64,000 nt of DNA, taken from positions 62,001-126,000 of the forward strand of contig JYFJ02000353.1 of NCBI GenBank assembly GCA_000934665.2. Direction: 5' to 3'. Origin of the DNA: Catajapyx aquilonaris. Lineage: Eukaryota. The notes under the pieces are model-generated. The model ran no database searches and was not told where the DNA came from. It worked only from the letters and a program-made list of their open reading frames with translations. The position numbers and the translations under genes are program-made. Shown here piece by piece: positions 37,901 through 51,200 of the stretch (its first letter is position 1; each line of letters begins with the position of its first letter).

Positions 37901-40900
37901 AATATTGGATCTTTATTGTTATCACGCGATATAAAATTTCGTTGATTTGAAGTCCATGAAGTGACTAAACACCGATTTCATCGTGGTGGAAATTTTTACT
38001 CGTTGGAAAAAGTGGATAATTGAAAAGGGAACAAAAAACGCAGCTAGATGGCTTCCTGGCGTTTCTGGTTTCCAACACTGCACTATTAAGCCCTCGGAGG
38101 CTCAAGACTGTCTCCGAGAATCCGAGAAGAAGAAAAAATGATCATTAGTTGTCGTAACTGTAGAAAATATTTTGTACGGCTTTAATTGTGCGGCAGAGCG
38201 CGGTCTGCAATTTGGAGTTGAAAATCCCAGCGAATTAAACCCATCATTTTCATGCTCATATTCTTCCACGTTTGAACGTAACACTGAGTAAATGCGCATT
38301 ACACGGCCAGACACTTGCCACTTAGTAACTATCCAAGGCAACTTTTATTCCCATGAAAAGTACGGTGTTCTCGATTGTGCTGTAAGGCACTGGAAATAAG
38401 GTAATATTAAAACACCACATTTCCTTGCAATCACCTTCAGGCTGCCAAAATTTCCTGGATGTGTGGCTTGTTGACACGCGTGGATGTGTGCTATGGATCC
38501 GCAACCAGATCATAGGGCAATATGCATAGTGACTTGCGCATGTCATCCGCTTTTTGTCCATTATTCTCGTAGAGACTATTTGAACAGTATGCAGCATCCC
38601 TTTTTCCAAAAAGAGATCAATAGCATCAGGGAAAGGAGGGCCTGACAGTTGCTATCTGATTGAATTTGGGCTGACGGCTTGTGAATGACCAAGTTGGGGT
38701 TCTAAGCAAGGGGCATTGATCTCTTTTCCAATTGATTTGCAGTGAAAGCGGTGATAAGCTGAAAAAGGTTAGGGTTTTCCAACCTTGTCCTTCAGAATTT
38801 GGCGTGCCATTAAAATTCAAAGGGACCATAATCGGTTGGATTCGGCCAGTCCCGTGTTGGTCACCGCCAAGGAAAAGCCAGAGTCATTTGAAAGCGAATC
38901 TGAAAGCACGCCTAGTTTCATCTCTTCACTTCGTCATGCTCTTTGCGCTAATCGCGTTACTCAGAATGTACAGGATTACAGGGTGTATTATAATGCACCT
39001 CCAACTCGTTAAACCACTTGTTCCTACTTGGCCGAATCGGATTTGGCCCACTTGCTGCTTATTATAATCGGGGCTTAAATGGCTCGGGAGCAGTGATTCG
39101 CTTATATATTTGGCCGCTTCAGTAATCAGTATTAAAAGGCTAAGCTGGCACGCTCTTACTTTTTACAGATGAGCTGATTTTACGTTAGTGTAAAAATTAA
39201 TATTAAATTACACTTCGATTCAAAATGCTATTTTATCAGATTGGGATGATAAAATTTTGTGATGTTGTTACACATGTATGTACGTTTGCAATCGTTAGTA
39301 TCCGTGCCCGGAACACAAATCGCGATACAGATTTGGCAACGTAATCGCCTTATCGGGAGCGAGTACGATTGAGGATTATCTCCTGGTACAGTACATCGCA
39401 GATGGGTGAAGATGTAGATATGACAATCCGCGCTGGATGGTTTTCATATGATTGGCCAGAAGTTGTGGACCCGTCCGCTGGAGGAAGCGTCGCTTGGCGT
39501 CGGTTCTGTGTTACGTTTGCCATCTGGCGAGCGACATTCCAAAGTCGATGCTGCCTTTAGTGTGCGGTCGTCCGCACCCATTAGAACAGGTGCTACAACC
39601 ATCGGAACCCACCATTCAGGACCTATTTGTTATTTAAATGACACCCACTGTCCAGTAATTGGGGGATGCAATTGGTTTAACTCCCTGAATTTTATGGTGT
39701 CGTTGACTTGGGTTTCGATCAGTCATTGGTCGAAATAGCCCTTTTTGGCCAAATTGCAATGAATTTCCGATTCTGATTGGAACAAATATCAACGAATCAA
39801 GTGTAGAACACAATACTTCCGGAGGCCCTTCAAGGCAGAATAAATCCGGGGAATCTTGACAATAATTCGCCAGCAGGATATTTGGGGAAAGGTGTCAGCT
39901 CCCAGTGCAAACAAAAGCTATTGATTCAGTAGAAGCAACGTTTATAGTACACTCTATCGCAGTTTTTTGGGGGAAAGGACAATGGCGTATGTGGCCAGGT
40001 GTCACGTGCCATTAATCCAGCCAAGTACGGCTGATGATACGGAACGTGGGAGAAGGTACCCACAAAAACCTCGTTTTCCTCCCTCCAGTACCAATTGGAT
40101 TTTATCCGGAAAGCGTGCTATTCGCACGTGTGTAGGAATCTCATCGATTTATCCGGGGCTTCAAATCATTTTGCCTGCAGAAAAAAACTCAGCTCTTTCC
40201 TCATCATAATTCACGTCTCAGGCTTTCCATCCCTCGAAGCTCAAAAAGGGTTGAAATTGTTGACTTACGTCGGCTCGATTGGGCCTCTGGTATTTTTTTG
40301 GGTGGAAGAAGAGGGTTGGGTGTTGCAAAGTGGAGAATACAAAAATCCGAGGGGTGATGCATTGGTGTCGGAGGCAAATCCGGGGGGCTGCATGCTCAGG
40401 AGCCTTCGAGGCTTGGAGATATCTTCTGCCGGGGAAAATACGGTCCTGATCGGAGAAAGTTTCTGGGGAAATTCCTGATCTTCTTCCCAGATCTTTTGGA
40501 CTTTTCCACCTTTGGGCGCCCTCAAAGACGTTTATCTCGTCGGCGAGGAAATCTGTCGAGCGAAAGGTCCAAGACTCCCCCACCCAAACCAACTCTTAAC
40601 GCTCCACTACTTTTTTTGACGATCCGACTTCAGGATCGGAATTCCGGATCTTTTCTTAACTTCCCTTTGGAATATCCGCCAATGATTAATTTCTCACCCT
40701 GATATGGTCGTTCACGGACTTACGATGTGACTGGCAGGATATCGCCAAGATTGTCCATAAAATGAAGTTTTTTTCCTCTACGATAAAAGTCCTGTTCAGT
40801 CTAATATTGTATAAAATGTTTCTAGAGCACATAGAATCTGTATGAAAATTTCATCGAAATTATTATTACGAGTATATGAATGTTTTTTATGGAAATTTAG

Positions 40901-43900
40901 AAATTTGCTGTTCCGTTGGCTGTTCCGTTGGCTGTAGGGTGATAAGTGGTTGTTTTTCTCCCGTTGACTATGTGTTGCGATAGTATTTCGGAGGCTGAGT
41001 GTCATAGTAGTGTCTGCCAGAGTCGATAATATGTGCTGATGAGATGAGAAGGGCCCCGGTTGGTGTCAGTGAGGGCGGTCGAGCCTGCTGCCCTCGAGTG
41101 GATGCAGCCTAAATCTGTAGGCCCACCCAGTTTCCCTACAAGCAATTGTAGGCACTGCCTAGTGTGCAGTATGGGACTCACTTGTCCAGGTCCCTCCGCC
41201 GCCGCCTATTGATTGTCGGCGCAGTCAGAGCCCCAGCTTGCCACACCCAACCCATAGAACCGCACTTATAGCATTCCTCGGCTTATCCCACCCCCACGTT
41301 CAAATGCAGCTCTTTGGGTGCCAAGGAGCCTCCCTCGTTTTTGGAGGAATGACTCTAGTGCAGGCTCCTTGCACGTCTTCTTGGGAGGGGTTTTCTTTTG
41401 TAGAGGATGCCTGGGAGTCAACAGCATCCAGGCCTTTCCAGGATGACATTTACACCGCGCGGGGGGTGCATTAATATTAAGCGCGGTAATATGCGCGTAT
41501 GAAGTATGGCGCCATCTGACTGGGAGGCGGATGCTGAGCGGGGAGGACAGTATTTTTCACTTGCAAATGTGGTGATGTATAGTGACCGCGCCAGGTCTAA
41601 TGGCCGGTTGTATCAAAGCATATTAAGGATTATTCCGATTATTCGCGGTGCTTTATTAATTTCGTGTAGGGTGTGACTGGGCCTAAGGGGTGAGTTGGAG
41701 AGATTAATTTATCGGCTGTTGACTGTAATGAAGGTAGTGGATAAACAGGAGAGTATCCGGCTGTAGGAGAAAATGAGACAGGTCCTGCGGATGATAGAAA
41801 TAATTTAACTGAATAGAACATGAACACAAGTACAGCGTGACTACAAATAATGGAGTACACATAGTAATATTTAATTATAGAAAATTGAGTAACTTACCTA
41901 TAGATCAACTCTAGGAAATGTCTCAGATTTTTTTTTTTTGAAGGCATATCTTTTGCATTTTGCAAAACTGTGCTGCTTGCAAGATGGCATAATGATCAGC
42001 AGTAGTTTAGCTAAATATTAATGCACGTTATTCCAATGCAGTTATATATCTAAGTTTGCAGAGCTTCTGTCAATATTTAAAACCCCACTCAGACCTTTCT
42101 TCTAAACTGGGACTTATTTACAATCCCAAGAAAAGCTGTAGGAGGTAAAGATGCTGACTCTAAGATGAGACCCAGTCCTACAATAGCCTGAAATCATAAA
42201 GAGAACAGGGGGAAATGTTCAAGAATACTGACGTATAGAAAGATTTATTTAAATCTCTTGTAAAAAAAAAAGGGGGAACCAATGCCTTTTAGCATATTCT
42301 CTGGAGATCACGAAAACCCTATTGAACACTTCTTCGAATCGAGCTTGATTGTGTATTTCCCCTCCTCGCACATTCATCTCATTATACCATCCCTCTGGAG
42401 GATTTTTTTATGAGCTTACCACTCGGGTTTCTCGAGAACCATCCAACAGAAGCACTCGTAGAAAAACTTCACCTTCAGGGGAATATTAAAAAGAAGCCCC
42501 AAGTTTGAGCTGCTTTAGCACTGAGTTTTTGCATAGATGAAAGAGGGCAAGGCCTTATAAGGGGAAAAATGACCCTCAGACAAAAGGGGGATTTTAAACG
42601 AAACGAAGCTGCATTGTCTAGATACTTTAGAACCTCTAGATGCATGTGATATTTTATCCAGAGTGAAAGCGTTCTATTTTCGCCTATTCTAAACCGCCTG
42701 CGCCTGTTCTTCATTTCTAAATTCTGCGGCGTATCAAAAACGAAGTTTGTACACCTTATTCCGCATAAATTAATGCGAGCGGCCACCGGTGGGGGGATCC
42801 ATGGTTACAGCTAAATGAATGTGGTAAAAACTGAAACTGAAAGTCGGTAAACTTTAATAATTACACGCAGGAAAGTGAAGTCTATAACCTATGTTTTCCC
42901 ATTACTGCTGGGTTAATTTAAAAAAAAAATGCTGTTTCAATCTGACCGCTGCCTATTGCATATGACAGGGATTCTAAACCTGCAAGCTCGGTGCAGTGGT
43001 CTACCTCAAAAAACCCTGCCCCCCTAGGCCCTATACATGCTGAATGGTAACTACTGTACTATGTACACGCAATGTATGCCTGAGCAATACGGGACTGTAA
43101 TTATATACCAGAATTTACGCCTCATATTTTTTCTTCTTCGATAACAGCATGTTGTGAATGTACGAGCAAAAGCGTACAGTTAAACATGTATGCACAGGGT
43201 AAAAAATCAGAACTGGCTAAGTATTTGAAGAGCATTAAAAATTAACTGCCCCACATTGGCATCACTTTTATTTGCAGTTTGCAAGAGATGAATAAATTTC
43301 GCAGTAACTCGTGCCTCGTACACAAAGAGCAACTGATGCATAATGTACTTGGTCCTTATTTGAGTGCCTGTTGAGAAACCCTCGTCCATATTACAAACAA
43401 GTGCCATGTTAACTCGTACCATATACCTATACTTCTCACTTGTGTACAGTGCACGTACGATTTGGCCAGTACAGCTTTAACACTAAAGCACTTGTCACAT
43501 TTTAAAGCGCTATCGGAATGTACACAACATATATTTCCATGTAGGGTGCACTGTCCAAGTCCGTAGTTTCAAGAGGGGCCACTGAATTCTTACTCCATAA
43601 GCAACAAACCACTAGAGCTAACTGTGCACCTGATTGTTGAACTTCAGTTGCTTCTCTTTAAACTGGCTGGAGCCTGGAGGAAGCAATCCATACCCTCTCT
43701 TGAACTGGGGGACTTGTATTGTGCACCACCCTGCAAAACCTACCTTCTCTATATATGATCCAGTATAAGCTCTGCACAGACATTTACGCCACATTGCTGG
43801 GAGCATGCAGACCGAATAACCAGAAGAATTGTCGAGCAGGGAGGTTTCAGTGGGACTGGGTTTTGCTTTGTGCAACGTAGTGTATGGACAGCCTGCACTT

Positions 43901-46900
43901 TCCATATATTCAGCTTATACGGAGGGTAGCCTTTACAGCCAGGCGCGGGTTAGCTAATTAGCGTTAAGTATCCATATGAGGATGTGCGACCAACAACTGG
44001 TCCAGAGCGGTAATAATGTGCCATGCACGCACCGGCATTATTGTGCTGAATGTGCTCTGTGCGTTGTTCTGGTGCGTAAGTCGGATATGAATCTGCTGCT
44101 TTATTACGCTCTTGTGTTGGGTAGGAAGCCTCCACACATGAATGCTGAAAGGTTGTGATTTTACTGCACTTGCGCACTTACATATGGTTGTTCAAATATT
44201 TGTATCAGCTTTGCACAGAGGAACAAAAATTTCAGCACAATCATTTGCGAATTTTCATTTAATGCTAATAGAGCTACGGTTTCCACAGTGTGGTGTTTGT
44301 TCTAATGGTAATTGATTTTGTGTTTGCAGAAGTAATATCGGCCCGGTTTTATATTTCCACCCCCACAAAAAAAGTAAAGAGGGGAAAAAAAATTCAATTG
44401 AGCGTATAAGTTGGGCTGAGGGGAACAGCGGTAGAGGCTTTGGCGGAAATGGTTGGAGTTCGATTTGTCATTATTTTGGCGAGAGGCGAGCTGGAAGAAA
44501 AAGAGTGTCCCACTTTGCGCTGCTCTTGCCTCCAGCTATGAAATCGGCTTCCGAGGCCAGCCTGGAATTTCATGGAATTAGCCTTTATGAAGACGTTCGG
44601 GAGGCTGCCAGTGCCAGGATATTAGGAGAGAGAGAGAGGACAAAAAAAAACCCGAAGAGAAAAATCTGTCGCGTACCGGAAGAGCAAAAAGGACGTTTTA
44701 TCTATATACAGGGTGTTATAAATGGACCGTCTTTTTTCATCAGATGCGATGGCTTCGGGGCAAATGATGTCAACCTGCTAAGAACCCAAAGAGACCTGTT
44801 ATTTCTCAAAATAACGGGACATTTTGCAATTCCTAATCAGAAATGACTTAACGTTGCGTCTGTGATGTTGGAAATAACATGTTTTGTCAGGGATATTAAG
44901 AAGAGTATATTTTTGAATGGTTTTCAGCTTGAACGACTTTTCTTATTGAACTAGGACGTTGCCCTTTTGAGTCGTTGTTCATTTCAATTCACTCTATCCA
45001 CGAATAGTACTCGTTAGCGAGTGATTTCTTCCACAATTTGCTTGGGTCGCAAAATTTTGTTAGATTAAATATATTGAACCCATACCTCATGGTGTGCGTC
45101 AATTTCGTAACCAAATCGACTGAAACTAGGACGCAACAGTTTATCTTGCATAATCATATTCGCTCGACAAAACTTTGCACTATGTTGCAGTGTGTGTAAT
45201 TACTCAGCAGCAGTATGCAGGGACGATGTATAATTATGAAGAGAAGTAAACTAGCGTAATTAAGGCGGTGCACAGTATTAGTCCTGGGGCTGTCACTGTA
45301 GTTGCTATAAGCGCCAAGTTATCAGGTCGCAAATTGCTTTCAGTTACATTATGTACAGCCTTAGTTCGAGTAAGGAAGAAAATTTTTCGGTAGCCTGAAA
45401 GTTGCCTAAATGCGGGCGGAGACCAAAGCAGAATATTTCAAAAGGTGGTCTGGAAGAAAGTTTGAGCTCGATTAATAATTTTGGTGGAAGTTGAATTTCA
45501 AACGTGACAATCGATGGGGTTTAACCACTGTTTATACACGATTAGCGTATATAATTAGATGAAGCGTCAGTTTACACTGAATAAGGACAGTTCCATCAAC
45601 TTAAACCTAACTCACCTTCTTGGGTTTTTCACTCCTTCCTTCTGCAGATTTTTGGGGTTGGACATCAGGGGGGGCCTTATGCGAATAAACTCTACGGGGT
45701 TTTGCGACGATAGAAATTCTAAGGGTAGATTTATTCGTACATCGGACGCAGCCAGCCGCCGCTCCAAAAGGCCCCGCCGCCACTTCATAAGTCTTCATTT
45801 AAAGCATGCAAATGAAGCAGAGGCCCAACCTTACCCCTACCGACCTTTTCCGGATGAAAAGAGTCTTCTCAGATCAAAGCCTGACTCCGGGGATGCAAAA
45901 AAAGAGAAGAAAGTTTGCACTTCTCTATTTTTTTTTACCTTTGTGCTACTTATTCGCGGTTCCCTCGCTCGTAACCTATTCGGAAGAAAAGTAGTTATAT
46001 ACTTTTTAACCAACTAACCAATATGGAACTTACAACCCTTACTTTTCCACCAAGCATTACTGACGACTGTGTATTCATCTTCAAGCTGCAGATTTTTTCA
46101 CCTGTGGGGAATCTTAATCATAAGAAAAGTTCGATTTATTTTTCCCCAGAAAGGCTTGGAATTGATTTTCAGGATCTTCTCATGTGGAATCGCGCATAAT
46201 TCATTTTCCTAATGAATTATAGCCACTTTACTCAACCCCCCTTTTCTGCCAGCTCATATAACAAAGGATTTGATAAAAAATAGTGCGGTCCTTCCTCTTC
46301 TCACGACTCCTTTTTATTACGCCCTCTGGTAACATCCAGTGATAGCCCATGTCCCTTAGCTTACTGACTACCAATCGGTTACATGAAATTAGGTCCTGTC
46401 TGGTTACCAGTCCGGGGAGTCGTATTAGCAGGAGCGGTGAACCCTTTGGGGCAATAATTTGGGAGTCACGCGATTTGTTTGCCGTTTTAATTTTATGCGA
46501 GAGGGATCTGCTATAACTGTTACAATTTAAAGAGAGGACGTGATTTTGCAGCATCCCATGCAGGTGTATTGGATTTAATTAATGTGAAGAAGCGTGACCG
46601 AGCAAAAATTTGCTCGCAATTCTTGAGGATGGGTATAGGAGCAGCAAAGGAGTTTTCTAAAGAATCTGCAAAGTGGAAAGTTTAGTGCGGGGAGGGAGGG
46701 GGGGGGGCTACCAACCATGAAGCAAAATGCCGGCGTCTTGTTTCGCTTACGTGAAATGGAAATTGGGTATGGAGGCTGAGGCTGGAGGATCTGAGGAAGG
46801 GTCCTGTGAAAGGGTACAGTTCACCCTTGAGTAAACTTACTGTCGAATTCGGATGCCGACTCTCTTTTATCCTTTATCAGGATCCATTGAACAAAACGAT

Positions 46901-48173
46901 ATGGTTGTGCAGCTAGTGGGTTTCTTTTTCCTAATGCTCGAGACATGCTTGGGATACTAATCTTGTGTATGATCATTACGTTCACAATGGGCTGTAACCG
47001 TGGAGCATTTGAGTAAAATAGATAAAACCGAATGGTATTAATTCAATCAACATTTCCACATAGCACTTGAATTTAAAAATTAAAGTTGAGGGAAGGATGT
47101 GAATTTGTAATTTTTAAATATAATTTAATTTCTGGATTAGTTTTGTGTCGCAATTAACTCGGAATTCCATCAAAGTTTTAGAATCATTATCATCATTGCA
47201 TTTGTAAACTTTTCTTAACTCTCGTAACTGTGAGGCCTTTATAATCATGTTGATACAGTATATACGTGTGCCTGCTGGAGGCAAATATTATGACGACTTT
47301 TAAAAAACTTTTTATTCGCCGTAATTGGTCTTCGTAATTCCTAATTAAGGCGGCAACAAAGGGCAGATCGAGGCAGATCTTGTTAAGCTTGTGATGCTGC
47401 TAAGAAACACAAGGCGCTCTTAATTGCAGAACCAGAAGAAGAAAAAAACATTTCTGAGGAACATGGTAGCTCTTGACGTCTATGACAAATTCTGTTGGCT
47501 ACACGGTAAATCTGGTAAAATACGGCCTAGCAGTGCACTGAAACACGTCTTAGGAGGGGGGGAAAGGTCACATAAATATTTTTCCAGGCGAAAAAATAAC
47601 GGCTCCCCCATTCCCCCCATGAGTTAGGAATTCGCACAGACGTTTACTATTTCATATCCTGCTCAGGTTATAATGCTGTACCTTACCGTGCAGAACTAGA
47701 CCCGGAGCGTACGTCGACGAGGATGCGTGCCTAATTTTAGTAATAATGCTAATAACATATTTATAACCCACGAGTGAGTTAAATCATGCAAAGCCTTACA
47801 ACGCAGCCACATATCTCGCGCATAAACCTTGCTGAACCCATGCTGTTCGACCACATATTCGCTTAATCCGATAAGCAGACTAAACGTATGAAGGAATAAC
47901 AACTATGCCTTTAATATTCTTATGCCAATAGTTTCACATATCAGTATTTTGAGGATTTTAAACATATTTAGTCCAAAATCAAATGATATCGGCAATAGGA
48001 AGTGCAGTGGCGAAGAGAACGAGCGTTTCTTGACGGAATCTGTCTGACACTCACAGTCAGCCTGGAAGGAAAACTGTATTAATTTTCGCCATCTGGGTGT
48101 GGCCATGCTTAAATATCCCTCGAAGGAGCGAATTTGAGGGGGGGGGGGGGGANGGGGGAAGGCTGTGCGGATG

Positions 48174-48214
48174 GTTCCCATGACAACCATGCGCTCTCTC
48201 TGTTCCATGGCAAC
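48174..48214. promoter_or_regulatory. Tandem pair of RFX X-box-like sites (GTTCCCATGACAAC and GTTCCATGGCAAC)
   Basis: Both closely match the RFX palindromic consensus GTTNCCATGGNAAC and lie 14 nt apart. Function is inferred, not shown. Confidence 0.45.
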
Positions 48215-48264
48215 CGCTTTTCCTTCATTGCATATGCAAAAGGGGGTTGGTATATACTATTCCT

Positions 48265-48290
48265 CTTCCTTCCTTCCTTCCTTCCTTCCT
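48265..48290. repeat. (CTTC)n microsatellite
   Basis: About 6 tandem units. Confidence 0.85.
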
Positions 48291-51200
48291 GTGTGGTTCC
48301 TGGTCCAGCAGGGATAGAGGCCGGAGAAAAATAGTGCATTACCAGCCGACATGAACCAAAGAGAAAGAATGCGGGTTGTTTGTCCATCGTGGGAGTCCAC
48401 TTTGCCAGACGTCTCTGTCAGGCAATTTGGATGCTGCGGGCCCGCTTTCATCCTCTCTCTAGGGGATTTCCCCCAATCTTATTTATCACTACTTTCTTTT
48501 TCTTCAACCCTATATAACCCTAGAGCTCTGGCCGTATCGTACCGAATTCAATTTACCAGCTAAAGAAAATCGATGCGATTCATAAATTCTTGTGCTTACG
48601 TGTTTTGTTTTTTTGGCAGTGGTCCGGGTGACATCACGGTTACTTGTCGAAGGAGCTGAGCTTTCCGGTTGAGAATTCGGCCTTCAACGAGTATAGATGG
48701 TGCACTAGGACCTTCCAATTAGGCTTCATTTACAGTGAGTCAAAACAGGCTGTCTGTTTGCGGGCCACCGTGGTTCAAATGAAAAGCTTAGGCAAATGTG
48801 ATTTGGTTTCCATGCCCCAGCCAGGATGCTGCAATGCGTTATTGAATTATGGAGCAAGTATTGTGTAGTCCGATGCCGGAATAAGGTAATTAAGCTCGGT
48901 TCACTATTTTGGCAATGTGCGTGTTAATTTTCCTTTCAAAATACGCGCTTTTCGGATGTAAATAATTAGCTGGACCGGACGAGCAAAGATTAATTGCAAA
49001 ATTTCCTACTTGTGCGCCCCCCCCTGTTGTTTGTAGAGCATCATCTTGGCCCCCTGGCGCATTTCCAGCTTAAAAAGCGGTGGCGTCACGAGTGCACAAA
49101 TGCTCTCGGTACGGCTCATGCAGATTGGCCATGGTTTTTGAGGCTGGAGGTCATTTCCGTCCCTGACTCAAGGGTCTCTTCCTGCATATTTGAAAATGAG
49201 ATCAGAAGGAAGCGGTGCGGAAGGCCCAAGGTCTTCCTAAATTTGACGCGCTATATGACCCAGCAGAAGAGCTGCTGCGAGGTGTGAAGAAAAAGAATAG
49301 GGTTGTGGGAGTGAAGACAGAATATACTCGGACTGGGTGGTTGTATGTGGTGTGTACCCTGGGGTTGTTCTAGCAGACGCGTTCCGGAGAATTAAGAGCA
49401 ATCGAAAGGTATTTTTAGCGACTTGAAGAGCAGCTGGGAGGAAGCCAAGAGCAGGAAGGTACTTGTCCCCTTGGTGGCAATTAGGCCGGACCAACTTCCT
49501 CTCGAGGTCACTGTCAAACATTTGAACAAGGAGTGGTGCAAGGAGCGTCCGAATGTGTTTGTTCTTCGGTGGAGCCAGAAATGTGGTGCTGGGATTGGTT
49601 TGTTTGTCATTTGTCGCGCCGATCAGACCTCAAAAAAATTGCAAGCCAAACCGCAATTATTGCATATGTTTGTTTAAATTTGAATAAAATTAATCGATAG
49701 GTATTTAAAAAATTGCTACAAGGTGAAGGAGCACCAAAAAGCCACTGAAAGTAATTTTTGCAAAGTACCGGCATTTAAAACAGAAACTAGTGACTATTTA
49801 CTCAATATTTGGACAGCTAATTACTCAAATTAGCTGAAACGAAAATATCGCCCAACTTTTGAGTGGAATGTTCAATCAAATATTTGAGCGTGTCCTGTTT
49901 GCACCAACTTCTTTATATCCTAATGTGCTCTCCATCCAGGTTCGTACACTTTGTAATGGTTTGTAATGCTAGGAATTAATGTATAAGGAGGCGGGTAAAA
50001 GCTCCCTGAAAGGCAAAGGTATCCCGACTGCCTCTCTGACAAATGAGGCTGTTGATTAATCAATGATTATTATGGGTCTCCGTTGCAAGGAAGTGTTCAG
50101 AGGGTAATCGAAAGTCCTGGGCCTGTGGGATGGGTATATGGCGTGGGCCTTATTGGCTGATGATGACATGTTTGCCGCCTCCACTGGGGGAATTGCCTCC
50201 TAATGTTGCCTCGTGATTGATCGGTTCCGTTGCCCAAACCTTGTTATTATTAATATCACCCGCAGTTTTCCCAGGAAAAGATATCCGTCTAGACCAATTG
50301 CAGTCATTTGCATCAAAAATTAGTTGTGCTAGCAACTGAAAAGAGACATGTCTGGGTTTTTTTTTTGTAGGCGTGCGTGTGTCATTTGGTTCATAACCGA
50401 GCAATTAGGATTTCATATATAAGTTATACATAATTAACTAAATTATGATTTTCTGTACTTCCCTGCTGCCTGCCAGAAGTACAGGGTGTTCCTGCAGACT
50501 CTATTTTAAGCATGATATGCTCTAAGGGTAACAGCCTCTCCAGGAAGATTCCACGTACAAATGACCACGCAGTTCAGTGTATCTGTCTCATTCTAAGTGG
50601 GCAGGCGGGAATCTCAAGAGCCTCGAGACGACCTAAAATACCATGCACGAGCGATAAGACTTGTAAAGGCTCCTTACAAAATATTAGTGCCCGGGTTTTC
50701 ATCCCTGTTCGTGAGCAGGGAAGTGAGCAGGGGATTTACACACCAACCACTGAAGACTCCCTGCTGAACTGGAAGAAGGTTTGTACCTGGCACCACTTCC
50801 TTTTTTACGCATAAGGAAGTGTCAGGACGGCTGTGGAAACGCCTCTTTCCACTGGGGGGGCAAAGTGCATCTCGTCATCTCTCACCTCCAGATATATCTA
50901 CTGTACTAAACTACATTCCGATGGTGAGAGGGCTCCACACGTGTCAGGCTCTGATATCACTCTGGATATATTCTTTCCCATTCTCTGGCTGATTCCGTCG
51001 ACGTAAGTACCTTTAGAGACCTTTGATGTTTCAGGATGAAAGGCAGTGGAAGACGGTACCTGAAGCCGGGGTTGAAGGTTATGACAGCTCGTTTGATGTC
51101 CGATTCTTCACGTTTTTCCGATTCCAGGGGACTTGTGACACTATCGGAGGTGGGAGTGGTCAATCGCTCGATAGTTTATTGGACAAAAGACCTACTAAAT

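Noticed and set aside
40907..40934. 12-bp tandem duplication GCTGTTCCGTTG and similar short repeats or hairpins (e.g. 10141-10169, about 25286-25350)
   Set aside because: Short local slippage-type duplications expected by chance in intronic DNA. They show no repeat-spacer periodicity, so they are not CRISPR-like.
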